Source of the DNA: Candidatus Omnitrophota bacterium | Lineage (GTDB): Bacteria; Omnitrophota; Gorgyraeia; JAZDFF01 | DNA: 64,000 bases | Assembly (NCBI GenBank): GCA_043808095.1 | Contig: JAZDFF010000011.1 | Span: forward strand, 48,030-112,029 | Direction: 5' to 3' | Shown: positions 1 to 8,255 of the stretch, in pieces | Layout: every line of letters begins with the position of its first letter | Position numbering within the stretch: the first letter of the stretch is position 1 | The notes under the pieces: generated by a model | The model's database searches: none | What the model was told of the DNA's origin: nothing | Seen by the model: the letters and a program-made list of their open reading frames with translations, nothing else | Made by a program: the position numbers and the translations under genes

Positions 1-704
1 TTCGCCCCTAATTCTTTTATTTTTTTATCAAGTTGTCTTAAAGTCTTACGATACCAAATACCTAAAATAAAAATCGTAACCCCGAGGCAGATTAGCATTA
101 AAGGAAAGGCCTTAATGATAAAGTCCTCAAAACTTAAGCCTGCTTTAGTAGCAATCAAAATACCTATGGGATTACCTAAAACAGTACCGCTTGAGCCGAT
201 GTTAGTAACAAGCACTGAGCTGATAATAAAAGGAATCGGGTCAACCTCAAAATAATCGCAGATTTCTAAGATTGCTGCCACCATAAAGATGATGGAAGTA
301 ACCTCATCTACGGCGCAGGCAAGCAATGCAGAAATAATAGAAACTGAAATAAGGAATTTATTTGCCGTGAGATTACGAATTCTTAAAATAAGACTCACGA
401 GCCACGCAAAAAGTCCCGCATCCTTTAAGAGCCCGACCAAAATCATCATTCCTACTAAAAACAAGATTATTTCAAGGGAAGAGTATTTGATTAGACTTTC
501 TAAATCAATAGTGCGGCTAAGTAGCAATATAGAGGTTCCTAAAAAGGCAAAACTCAGACGAAAATCCCAGAAAAACAGGGTTCCCAATATCGAGGCGGAA
601 AATATGGAGATAGCAGTTGCCTGGTGGTAATTAAGTCCGATATTTTTTACAAAAAATCCCAGGCCTAATGAAATAATAATGAGAAAAATAAATTTTTTAA
701 TCAT
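1..704 (-). CDS. ArsB/NhaD-superfamily (citrate-transporter-like) permease, N-terminal part; gene runs off the window start
   Basis: Hand translation of the minus strand from the ATG at 702-704 gives MIKKFIFLIIISLGLGFFVKNIG..., a continuous hydrophobic ORF to position 1. It is paralogous to the 17998-19272 protein. It is absent from the ORF track because its stop lies outside the window. Confidence 0.6.
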   Translation of the reverse strand, partial: MIKKFIFLIIISLGLGFFVKNIGLNYHQATAISIFSASILGTLFFWDFRLSFAFLGTSILLLSRTIDLESLIKYSSLEIILFLVGMMILVGLLKDAGLFAWLVSLILRIRNLTANKFLISVSIISALLACAVDEVTSIIFMVAAILEICDYFEVDPIPFIISSVLVTNIGSSGTVLGNPIGILIATKAGLSFEDFIIKAFPLMLICLGVTIFILGIWYRKTLRQLDKKIKELGA

Positions 705-716
705 TTTTAAATTTGT

Positions 717-1169
717 TTAAGGAATATCTGCCTCTTTAGTTAATGCCTCAAGCACATCAGCCCTTGCCACAATTCCCACCACCCTACCCGTCTTATCTAA
801 AATAGGCAATCTCCTTGCCCTCTGGGTAAGCATAACCCTGGCTATCTCGCATAAAGTAGTCTCTTCATTTACAGTAACCACATCTTTACGCATAATCTGG
901 CTGACCTTAATATTGGCTAATTCATTGAATTTCCTTTTTGTTGATTTGAGATTTTCACTATAAACAAACCTACCTACTTTCTCGATATAGCTGGGCAGGA
1001 TATAACCTAAAACCTCCTTTTCCGTAAACATGCCTAAAAGTTTACCATTTTCGTCAATTACCGGCAGGCCGCTAATCTGCATCTTTTTTAACAACTTTAG
1101 TGCTTCGTGTACGTTGATATCAAGAGGAATGCTCTTTACATCTTTTGTCATTATCTCTTTTACCTTCAT
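717..1169 (-). CDS. CBS-pair domain protein
   Basis: 150 aa with two CBS motifs (IMTKDV...GLPVID ; IMRKDVVTV...RLPILD). Confidence 0.8.
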   Translation of the reverse strand: MKVKEIMTKDVKSIPLDINVHEALKLLKKMQISGLPVIDENGKLLGMFTEKEVLGYILPSYIEKVGRFVYSENLKSTKRKFNELANIKVSQIMRKDVVTVNEETTLCEIARVMLTQRARRLPILDKTGRVVGIVARADVLEALTKEADIP

Positions 1170-1382
1170 AATTTCCCCCCTATTATGAGAGTTTCTGCTA
1201 ACTTAACCGGGTTAAATTCGAAACACGAAGCACGAAATACGAAATAAACTCGCATTTTCTAATTCTTTAATGTTCAAGGCTTTTGTTTTGGGTTTGGTCA
1301 TTTGAAAATTTGGCCATTAAAAAATTGTTTCGGATTTAATGTCTATTTTCATTTTAAATTAGCAGTATCTTGAAATAAACTT

Positions 1383-1450
1383 TACCCCGACGCCCCGACG
1401 AAACGTCGGGGGTCGGGGTATCCCGACTGAAGCGAAGCGAAACGTCGGGA
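1383..1450. repeat. GC-rich nested hairpins of the CCCGACG-WWW-CGTCGGG family
   Basis: taccccgacgccccgacgaaacgtcgggggtcggggta is a roughly 17-bp-stem palindrome. A second hairpin, tcccgac...gtcggga, follows it. Confidence 0.7.
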
Positions 1451-1469
1451 AACCCCAAAAGAAAAGAGG

Positions 1470-1489
1470 CCACGGACTTCAGTCCGTGG
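1470..1489 (-). terminator. intrinsic terminator after the 1568-1840 gene
   Basis: ccacggacttcagtccgtgg is a perfect hairpin. On the minus strand it is followed by CCTCTTTTCTTTTGGGG. Confidence 0.6.
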
Positions 1490-1567
1490 AGTTTCACTAT
1501 TGTACGGGATAATCTGCGCTTATCTGTGATTGAGATATCCTTTAAAAAGACAATTCTCAATAATCCT

Positions 1568-1840
1568 TTATTTAGAAGAACTTTTATTGATGGTCTCTTC
1601 CATGGCCTTCTCGCGCTCTGCTTGCTGTTTATTAATTGCACCTACCTTGCTTTTTATGCTATCCAGCAGTGCTTTCTGATTTGTGCTATCAATACCTTCT
1701 TCTGTTAAGACTTTCTGGGTATCATTATTCAGGTTTGGCTTTTTTAAATAAGTCTTTAAGATAAAGTAACTCAAAAATGATATAATGACTAAAACCAATA
1801 AGATTTCAATAAAACCGAAAGCCCTTTTTTGTTTTAACAT
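1568..1840 (-). CDS. small membrane-anchored protein with a non-canonical prepilin-like N-terminus
   Basis: 90 aa, MLKQKRAFGFIEILLVLVIISFL. A basic leader precedes G-F-I-E and a hydrophobic helix. The Glu sits at +3 after Gly, not the canonical +5. Confidence 0.4.
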   Translation of the reverse strand: MLKQKRAFGFIEILLVLVIISFLSYFILKTYLKKPNLNNDTQKVLTEEGIDSTNQKALLDSIKSKVGAINKQQAEREKAMEETINKSSSK

Positions 1841-1955
1841 ATTTAATGAGTAGATAATTTATGCCATACAACCTACGTCACTTTGTTCCGAAAGTTACGG
1901 CTTCATTTAATTCTACTGCTAAAATCTTAAATAAACAATTTAAATTTTTTAACAC

Positions 1956-2963
1956 TTATTCTTCTAACAGGCCAAGATTAAGGCCTGACTTCACCGGCTG
2001 CCTCAGGCGGCATTCATCAATAATCTCAAACATTTCTTTTTTAGTCTTGGCGTAAGATGCCTTTTCTCGAAGCGGACGTATATTACTAAGGCCCTGACTA
2101 TACCAATGAAAGAATTTACGAAATCTGATCAACCCGTTTCTTTCGCCATAAAAGGCGATATTAGCTTTTAAATGTTTAGTCATTGTATCGCAGATCTCGC
2201 TAATCTTGGGTCTCTGGGGGGACTTATTATTTTTTAAAAACTTTTCGGTCTGCCTAAATATCCAGGGATTTCCCAGGGCGCCGCGGGCAAAGACTACGGC
2301 GTCGCAGCCTGTCTCATCAAACATTTTTTTAGCTAAAAACGGCGAAAATATATCACCGCTCGCAATAACCGGAATCACTATGGCCTTTTTTACTTTCCTG
2401 ATGATTTCATAATCTACTTTATCCCGGTATTCCTGGGCCTTGGTCCTGCCGTGGATAAACAAGCCGGCTATTCCGGCATCTTCACAGATGAGGGCAACAT
2501 CTCTGGCATTTATCGAATCCTGGTCCCAGCCGCTTCTTATCTTTACTGTAACCGGAACCTTTGAATTACTAACCAAATCTTTAAGCAGGTTTTGTAATTT
2601 TTTCGGCTCTTTTAAGAGACTGGCACCCTCGCCCCTATGCACCACCTTTCTTACCGGACAGGCGGCATTAAAATCCAAAAGATCAAACTTATACTTTTTC
2701 TGGACGATTTCCAATGCCATTAAAATAAATCTCGGCTCGCATCCTAATAACTGTATCCCTAAAGGCCTGTCTTTAGGATGTCCGGTGAGCATCTCTTCTG
2801 TCTTTTTGCTCTTATAACTAATAGAACGCACATTGAGCATCTCAACAAAAGCCAGCTCACAGCCAAATTCGCGGTTAAGCAGACGATATGGTAAATCGCT
2901 GATACCCGCCAGGGGTGAAAGAATAAGATTAGACTTTAATTTAAGGCTTCCGATTTTCAGCAT
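1956..2963 (-). CDS. tRNA-dihydrouridine synthase (Dus family)
   Basis: 335 aa with a Dus TIM-barrel signature (LSPLAGISDLPYR, NAACPV, GWD) and a C-terminal helical domain. Confidence 0.85.
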   Translation of the reverse strand: MLKIGSLKLKSNLILSPLAGISDLPYRLLNREFGCELAFVEMLNVRSISYKSKKTEEMLTGHPKDRPLGIQLLGCEPRFILMALEIVQKKYKFDLLDFNAACPVRKVVHRGEGASLLKEPKKLQNLLKDLVSNSKVPVTVKIRSGWDQDSINARDVALICEDAGIAGLFIHGRTKAQEYRDKVDYEIIRKVKKAIVIPVIASGDIFSPFLAKKMFDETGCDAVVFARGALGNPWIFRQTEKFLKNNKSPQRPKISEICDTMTKHLKANIAFYGERNGLIRFRKFFHWYSQGLSNIRPLREKASYAKTKKEMFEIIDECRLRQPVKSGLNLGLLEE

Positions 2964-3095
2964 AGTGGCTATTTATAAAATAAGGTGAGCAAAGTAAATC
3001 CCGTTAGAGAGTTTTCTAACGGGGTAAATTAAAAATCTTTTTACCTAACAGGATGGCGGACGTAAAAAATTTGTTCTTTGCGTTTTGGCGGTTAT

Positions 3096-3818
3096 TTAAA
3101 CCTTCTTTTCTTTGATGTCCCTGGCAAGAATTAAGGCCTCGGCTACCTCGCGCATGGATTTACGGCTGTCCATGCTTTGTTTTTGAATCAGCCGATATGC
3201 CTCTGATGGCAGAATATTTGCTTCCTGAGAAAGAATATCCTTTGCCCGTTCGATGAGTTTGCGGGTGGTGAGCGCCTCTTCGGCGCTGCGAACCTTTAAA
3301 TCCAATTCCGCGTTCTCAATAGCCACCGCTGCCTGATTAGCTAAGGCACTTAATAGACCCAATTCATGTTTAGTAAATTTATGTTTTTTAGAAGTATAGC
3401 AATTAAGCACACCTATGACCCTTCCCTTGACTGCCAAGGGAACACTGGCCAGAGAGCATAGCCTTTCTTTTTTGGCAATATCCCGGTTTAAGTAACGCTC
3501 ATCCTCTCTGACATCCAAGACGCAGATAGGTTTATTATCCCTGGCAACGATACCGGCAATCCCTTCCCCTAATTTTAAGTTCAGCTTTTTATTATAGGCC
3601 TCGGAGATTGACTGGGTAGCTTTTACTACTAACTCTTTTTTTCCCGGATCCAAAAGCATTAAAGAAGAGATCTTGGAATTCATTATCTCGGCGGTGACAT
3701 TAACTACCAGACGTAGTAGTTCTTCTAAATATAGGCCTGAGGTAATCAGATTGGCAATTTTCGAAAGGGCCTCGATCTGTCTCAAATAAACCTGATAACC
3801 CTTTTTTGACTTAGGCAT
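3096..3818 (-). CDS. GAF-ANTAR RNA-binding antitermination regulator
   Basis: 240 aa. An N-terminal GAF domain is followed by a C-terminal ANTAR helix bundle (...AKDILSQEANILPSEAYRLIQKQSMDSRKSMREVAEALI). Confidence 0.7.
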   Translation of the reverse strand: MPKSKKGYQVYLRQIEALSKIANLITSGLYLEELLRLVVNVTAEIMNSKISSLMLLDPGKKELVVKATQSISEAYNKKLNLKLGEGIAGIVARDNKPICVLDVREDERYLNRDIAKKERLCSLASVPLAVKGRVIGVLNCYTSKKHKFTKHELGLLSALANQAAVAIENAELDLKVRSAEEALTTRKLIERAKDILSQEANILPSEAYRLIQKQSMDSRKSMREVAEALILARDIKEKKV

Positions 3819-4107
3819 AAGTAATCCTTAAATTCGAAACAAATCTTTAGAAAACCCTAAACACTAAATTCTTCCCGCACAACTTGTAAAATATAGCGGG
3901 ATCCCGCAAAGCGGGAAAATCCTAAACAAACCTTAAACTCAAATTTTAAAATCCAAAAGCGCCTAACTTAGCTTGGGTTTTAGATTTTGTATTTTAGCCA
4001 TTTTGGGTTTATTTAGAGTTTGGGGTTTCGGATTTAGGGTTTACAATATTGGCTTTGTTGTTTTGGGATTCCATACTTCGTGCTTCGGATTTAGGGTTTA
4101 AATTAAC
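3819..4107. repeat. low-complexity intergenic region with inverted CCCTAAA/TTTAGGG words and a GCGGGATCCCGCAAAGCGGG hairpin
   Basis: Two copies of tcggatttagggttta occur, with inverted aaaaccctaaa and aatcctaaa words. ttcgtgcttcg is shared, as a reverse complement, with 1228-1239. Confidence 0.6.
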
Positions 4108-5439
4108 TTATAGTATCGGCAGGTATTTATCTATCTCGTATTGGGTAACCTGGGCTTTATATTCATCCCATTCCATTTTTTTGTTGCGGATAAAATATGC
4201 AAAAACGAAATCGCCTAATGCCTTTTTTACTAACTCGGATTTCTCGGTTAGTTTTATCGCTTCTAGCAAATCTTCTGGCAATGATTTAATCCTGGCGCGC
4301 TGTCTTTCTTCTTCAGTCATTCTATAAATATTGTCGTTTGCTGGCTCTATTAACGGGTATTTCTTTTCTAAACCCTCCAGTCCTGCGGTTAACATCGCCG
4401 AGAATGCCAGATAAGGATTGCAGGCCGGGTCAGGTGCGCGGTATTCAATACGCGTGGATTTTTCTCTACCGGGCTTATACATGGGAATGCGTATCAGCGC
4501 AGAACGGTTCATCTGTGCCCAGCACAGATACACCGGCGCTTCATATCCTGGAACTAATCTCTTATAGGAATTAACCCATTGGTTAGTCACCGAGGTAATT
4601 TCCGGAGCATGTTTAAGAAGGCCTGATATAAAGAGTTTGGCAATTTTGGAAATATGAAATTTATCTTTCGGATCAAAAAAGGCATTTCTTTTACCCTTAA
4701 AAAGAGACATGTGCGTATGCATTCCCGAGCCGTTTATGCCGAATACGGGCTTGGGCATAAAAGTAGCATGCAGGCCCTTTTGTTGGGCGAACTCCTTGAC
4801 TACAAAACGATAGGTCATGACATTGTCCGCCATAGTAAGTGCATCAGTATAACGCAGGTCTATCTCATGCTGGCTGGAGGCTACTTCATGATGGCTGTAT
4901 TCTACGACTATGCCTAACCCCTCCAGGGCCATAATAGTCTCCTGCCGCACATCCTGGGCAAAATCTAAAGGTGTCAGGTCAAAATATCCGCCCCTGTCCA
5001 AGACGATGGTGTTCTTAGGATTATTAAAATAAAAATATTCCAATTCCGGGCCGACATAATAGGTAAAACCCATCTTTTTTGCGCGCGCCAGGTTCTTTTT
5101 TAATACGTAGCGGGGGTCTCCTTCAAAAGGTTTGCCATCAGGGGTATAGATATCACAAAACATGCGGGCAACGTTACGGCCTTCTTTTGCCTCCCAGGGT
5201 AAAAGGGCAAAGGTATCCGGATCTGGCTTAGCAATCATGTCCGACTCTTCTATGCGGGCAAAACCCTCAATGGATGAGCCGTCAAATCCCATACCGTCTT
5301 CTAACGCCCGGGGCAATTCATCAATAGTCAAATCCAGGCCTTTTAAAAACCCCAATACGTCGGTAAACCAGAGCCGGATGTGTCTTACCTGCTTCTGTTT
5401 TACAATCTTCATTATCTCTTGTTTAGATCTTGAAGCCAT
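4108..5439 (-). CDS. glnA: glutamine synthetase type I
   Basis: 443 aa, with GS beta-grasp and catalytic-domain motifs (GFDGSS, HTHMS, NRSALIR). Confidence 0.9.
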   Translation of the reverse strand: MASRSKQEIMKIVKQKQVRHIRLWFTDVLGFLKGLDLTIDELPRALEDGMGFDGSSIEGFARIEESDMIAKPDPDTFALLPWEAKEGRNVARMFCDIYTPDGKPFEGDPRYVLKKNLARAKKMGFTYYVGPELEYFYFNNPKNTIVLDRGGYFDLTPLDFAQDVRQETIMALEGLGIVVEYSHHEVASSQHEIDLRYTDALTMADNVMTYRFVVKEFAQQKGLHATFMPKPVFGINGSGMHTHMSLFKGKRNAFFDPKDKFHISKIAKLFISGLLKHAPEITSVTNQWVNSYKRLVPGYEAPVYLCWAQMNRSALIRIPMYKPGREKSTRIEYRAPDPACNPYLAFSAMLTAGLEGLEKKYPLIEPANDNIYRMTEEERQRARIKSLPEDLLEAIKLTEKSELVKKALGDFVFAYFIRNKKMEWDEYKAQVTQYEIDKYLPIL

Positions 5440-5650
5440 TTATGCCTCCTTTAATGAGCGCTTGATTTATGGAGCACAAGGTGCGACATAAGTCAATCTT
5501 TTATGAATAGCATCTTTGATTGTGCGAATTGAATCCGCCAATGCTTTGTGGCGGATAGATTTCATTCGATTACAACGGATTTTTTTATTTTACATCAGTA
5601 CGAGTTTAAAGTAAAGCAAATTCCTCTGTTTGAATGGTTCAAATGGCAGG

Positions 5651-6406
5651 TTATCTCTTTTCTTGAGAGGTTAGTCTTTGTTGCAGAAATTCCCTGAACT
5701 CCTGGGGATACTCTATCTTTGCCTTCCCGGCTGAGCATTTATCGATACTTTCGATAATCTTGGGTATCCTCTCATAAGGAATGCTGATCAATAATTTATC
5801 TTTTTCTACATTACAGAGTTTTCTGGCAGTATAGTCATAGAAAGACAAATTAACCTCACCCGTTAGTAATGGATAGATGATACTCAACCGACAGGTCGGG
5901 CCTCCGATCTTAATCTTAGGCATATTGCCGTCTATAAAGGTTGAAAGCGTAAGCAGCCGGCAGGCGCTTTCGGGATTAGAGATAAAGATTACTAATTGCG
6001 GCTTAAATTCGCATTTTTCCATCGGGGAGAGGACAAAATAGGACTTAGAGTTATCGCCAACGTCTTCCATCTGGGAAATGAGCTTATCCAGGGCTTCGTA
6101 TGAACAGAATAACTTTTCTCCTTCAACCACAAACTGCTTTACCATCTGAATGATTTTGGGGTCTTTAAAATCGTAAAAACCCAAATGCCAGCCGGCCCCG
6201 AAACAGGCATTCGTGTCTTTGGCTATCTGAAGGGTCTCGCCTTTTGCGGCATCCAATATTGCCCGGCAGATGCGCAGCCTCTTATTACTATCTTTTAAAA
6301 ACGGTTCTTTCATACAGCTTAAGGCCACCGGGCTATATTCTAAATTAAGCAACTCTTTTAAAATTAATGAAAATTCCTGCCATTGTTTCTGCATAGTTAT
6401 CTCCAT
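5651..6406 (-). CDS. DUF169-like hypothetical protein
   Basis: 251 aa, soluble. Motifs NACFGAGWHLG and GGPTCRLS recall DUF169 (COG2043). The family assignment is from memory only. Confidence 0.4.
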   Translation of the reverse strand: MEITMQKQWQEFSLILKELLNLEYSPVALSCMKEPFLKDSNKRLRICRAILDAAKGETLQIAKDTNACFGAGWHLGFYDFKDPKIIQMVKQFVVEGEKLFCSYEALDKLISQMEDVGDNSKSYFVLSPMEKCEFKPQLVIFISNPESACRLLTLSTFIDGNMPKIKIGGPTCRLSIIYPLLTGEVNLSFYDYTARKLCNVEKDKLLISIPYERIPKIIESIDKCSAGKAKIEYPQEFREFLQQRLTSQEKR

Positions 6407-6500
6407 TAATGAGCAGACGACTTACGGAACGAAAGTGCGACGCCCTATTTCGCTAAAGCTTCCTACTACGCTAAAGCTTCGTAGGACAAGTCGTAGGGCT
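6407..6500 (-). promoter_or_regulatory. conserved structured 5' leader element, copy A (SD-proximal CTCATTAATGGAG plus an ACTTACG/CGTAAGT hairpin)
   Basis: Sense strand reads ...cgtaagtcgtctgctcattaatggagataactATG. It is homologous to 14548-14640 and 33515-33600. Confidence 0.55.
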
Positions 6501-6745
6501 GTTTCCGAGACCTTGGCGAAGGAAAACGTAAGTCGTAGCTCCGACGATACGTCGGAGCGCCTGCGCCTGCCTACTGGCAGGCGAGCATCCATACCGAAAA
6601 ACCGAGCTTCAAAACCTATGTACATAGTTTTGGCGGGTTTATCCCGTTACACCCAGAAAGCCCCGGTCTTAAGACTGGGATAAAATGGCAAATTAAAATT
6701 AACCATAGAAAATCCCCGTCCTTTATTGACAGGGTGTAATGGGGC

Positions 6746-7666
6746 TTACTTCTGTCGTGCTAGATATCTGAAGGCTGACAAGGCTGCCTTTGAGCCTTCT
6801 CCGGCTGCGATAATGATTTGTTTTTCCGGCATATCCGTAACATCGCCGGCTGCAAAAATTCCTGCGATATTAGTCTGGTTATAGCGGTCTATCTTGATTT
6901 CGCCGTATTGGTTTTTATCTATACCCTCGGCAAATTCCGAATTCGGAACAAGGCCGATTTCTACAAAAATCCCCTCAACCGGAATTGTCTCAACTTTACC
7001 TTCCCTTTTTATCTTGATGCCGCTTGCTAACTTCTGGCCGAGGACCGCTATCACCTGGCTATTATTAAGGACGGTTACTTTATTGCTTTCCTTAACCTTC
7101 TCCTGCATTATGGCGTCGCCGTTAAGGCCTGAGGCGCTATTTATAATATAAACGTGCCTGGCGATTCTTATTAATTGAAGCACGGCATCTAAGGCAGAGT
7201 TGCCGCCGCCGATAACCGCGACATCTTTTTGGCTAAACAACGGTCCGTCGCAGGTAGCGCAGTAGCTTAAGCCTTTATTCTTAAACTCACGTTCACCTGG
7301 TACATTAAGTTCTCTGGAGTGCTTACCCGAGGCAATAATCGCTGTCTTTGCTGTATAGGCGCCTTTATTGGTCTTAACGCTTACTATATTATTTACCTTT
7401 TTAATCTCAGCAACTATTTCGTTCTCTCTTAATTCAAGATTGTATTTACGCAGATGCTCTTCAAATTTAGCAGCTAACTCCGGACCGGTAATAAACTGAT
7501 AGCCGGTATAATTTTCTATATCACCGCTCCATGCAGCCTGACCGCCGATATCGCCGGTAATAACTAAGGTATTCAGCCTCTTACGTGCAGCGTAGACACT
7601 TGCGGTTATTCCCGCCGGACCTGCCCCGATAATAATCAAGTCATACATATCGTTTGTACTATTCAA
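6746..7666 (-). CDS. trxB: thioredoxin-disulfide reductase
   Basis: 306 aa with GAGPAG FAD motif, redox-active CATCDG and a second Rossmann motif. Confidence 0.9.
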   Translation of the reverse strand: MNSTNDMYDLIIIGAGPAGITASVYAARKRLNTLVITGDIGGQAAWSGDIENYTGYQFITGPELAAKFEEHLRKYNLELRENEIVAEIKKVNNIVSVKTNKGAYTAKTAIIASGKHSRELNVPGEREFKNKGLSYCATCDGPLFSQKDVAVIGGGNSALDAVLQLIRIARHVYIINSASGLNGDAIMQEKVKESNKVTVLNNSQVIAVLGQKLASGIKIKREGKVETIPVEGIFVEIGLVPNSEFAEGIDKNQYGEIKIDRYNQTNIAGIFAAGDVTDMPEKQIIIAAGEGSKAALSAFRYLARQK

Positions 7667-7679
7667 AAGTCATATTAAC

Positions 7680-7840
7680 AGCTTCCTTCGTTTTCGAAGC
7701 TCGTCTCTCGGTATGGATGCTCGTATCGATGCTCGTCTTTAGAGGCTCGTCCTTAAAATATTTTTCGAGCATCGAGCTTCCAGCTTCGATACTAGCATCT
7801 ACAACGTCAGACGAACATCTAGCATCTGGTATCTATAATC
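7680..7840. repeat. imperfect palindromic element of GATGCTCGT / CGAGCATC words, centred on TTAAAATATTTT
   Basis: gaagctcgtctctcggtatggatgctcgtatcgatgctcg ... cgagcatcgagcttccagcttcgatactagcatc. It lies between trxB and grx. Confidence 0.5.
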
Positions 7841-7847
7841 TATCTTC

Positions 7848-8087
7848 TTAACCTATCCCTAACGCCTGGCTTATCCTCTCTTTATCAAACCCGACTATAA
7901 TCTCTCCGTCTATATCTAAGACCGGAACACCCATCTGTCCGGAGATACGGATCATCTCCTCGGCTGCCTCGTGGTTGGCGGCTACATCAATATCTTGAAA
8001 TGAGATGTTGTTTTCCTTTAAGAATTGCTTGGCCCGGATACAGAAAGGGCACGTAGAGGTGCTATATACCTTGACTGTTTTATCCAT
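7848..8087 (-). CDS. glutaredoxin-like protein
   Basis: 79 aa with a CPFC active site in a thioredoxin fold. Confidence 0.75.
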   Translation of the reverse strand: MDKTVKVYSTSTCPFCIRAKQFLKENNISFQDIDVAANHEAAEEMIRISGQMGVPVLDIDGEIIVGFDKERISQALGIG

Positions 8088-8110
8088 GCATTGCCTCCTG
8101 GTATAATCGT

Positions 8111-8222
8111 TTAAGGGTCAGGAAGGGATAGTAGGAATCAGTAAGGGTTAGTAGGGGAGTTTAAAATTTTTAACCTTTCTAACCCTTTCTATCCCCTGCT
8201 ATAACCTACTAACCCCTAAACG
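8111..8222. repeat. ~110-nt G-arm/C-arm palindromic element, copy 1
   Basis: A left arm of GGGWTAG words and a right arm of CTAWCCC words flank a TTTAAAATTTTT centre. A near-identical architecture occurs at 24800-24912. Confidence 0.7.
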
Positions 8223-8255
8223 TACTGTAATTGTTTTATGAAGTTTATAGGATGC

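Noticed and set aside
289-630. Plus-strand ORFs in the track overlapping minus-strand genes
   Set aside because: Examples are 289-630, 30744-31364, 46290-46613, 46777-47334, 48242-48607 and 53309-53533. They lie antisense to well-supported genes, have low-complexity or Ser/Pro-rich translations, and lack RBS. They are treated as shadow ORFs.
4020-4100. Telomere-like TTAGGG repeats
   Set aside because: There are only two non-tandem copies within a low-complexity bacterial intergenic region. Inverted CCCTAAA words nearby indicate secondary structure, not telomeric arrays.
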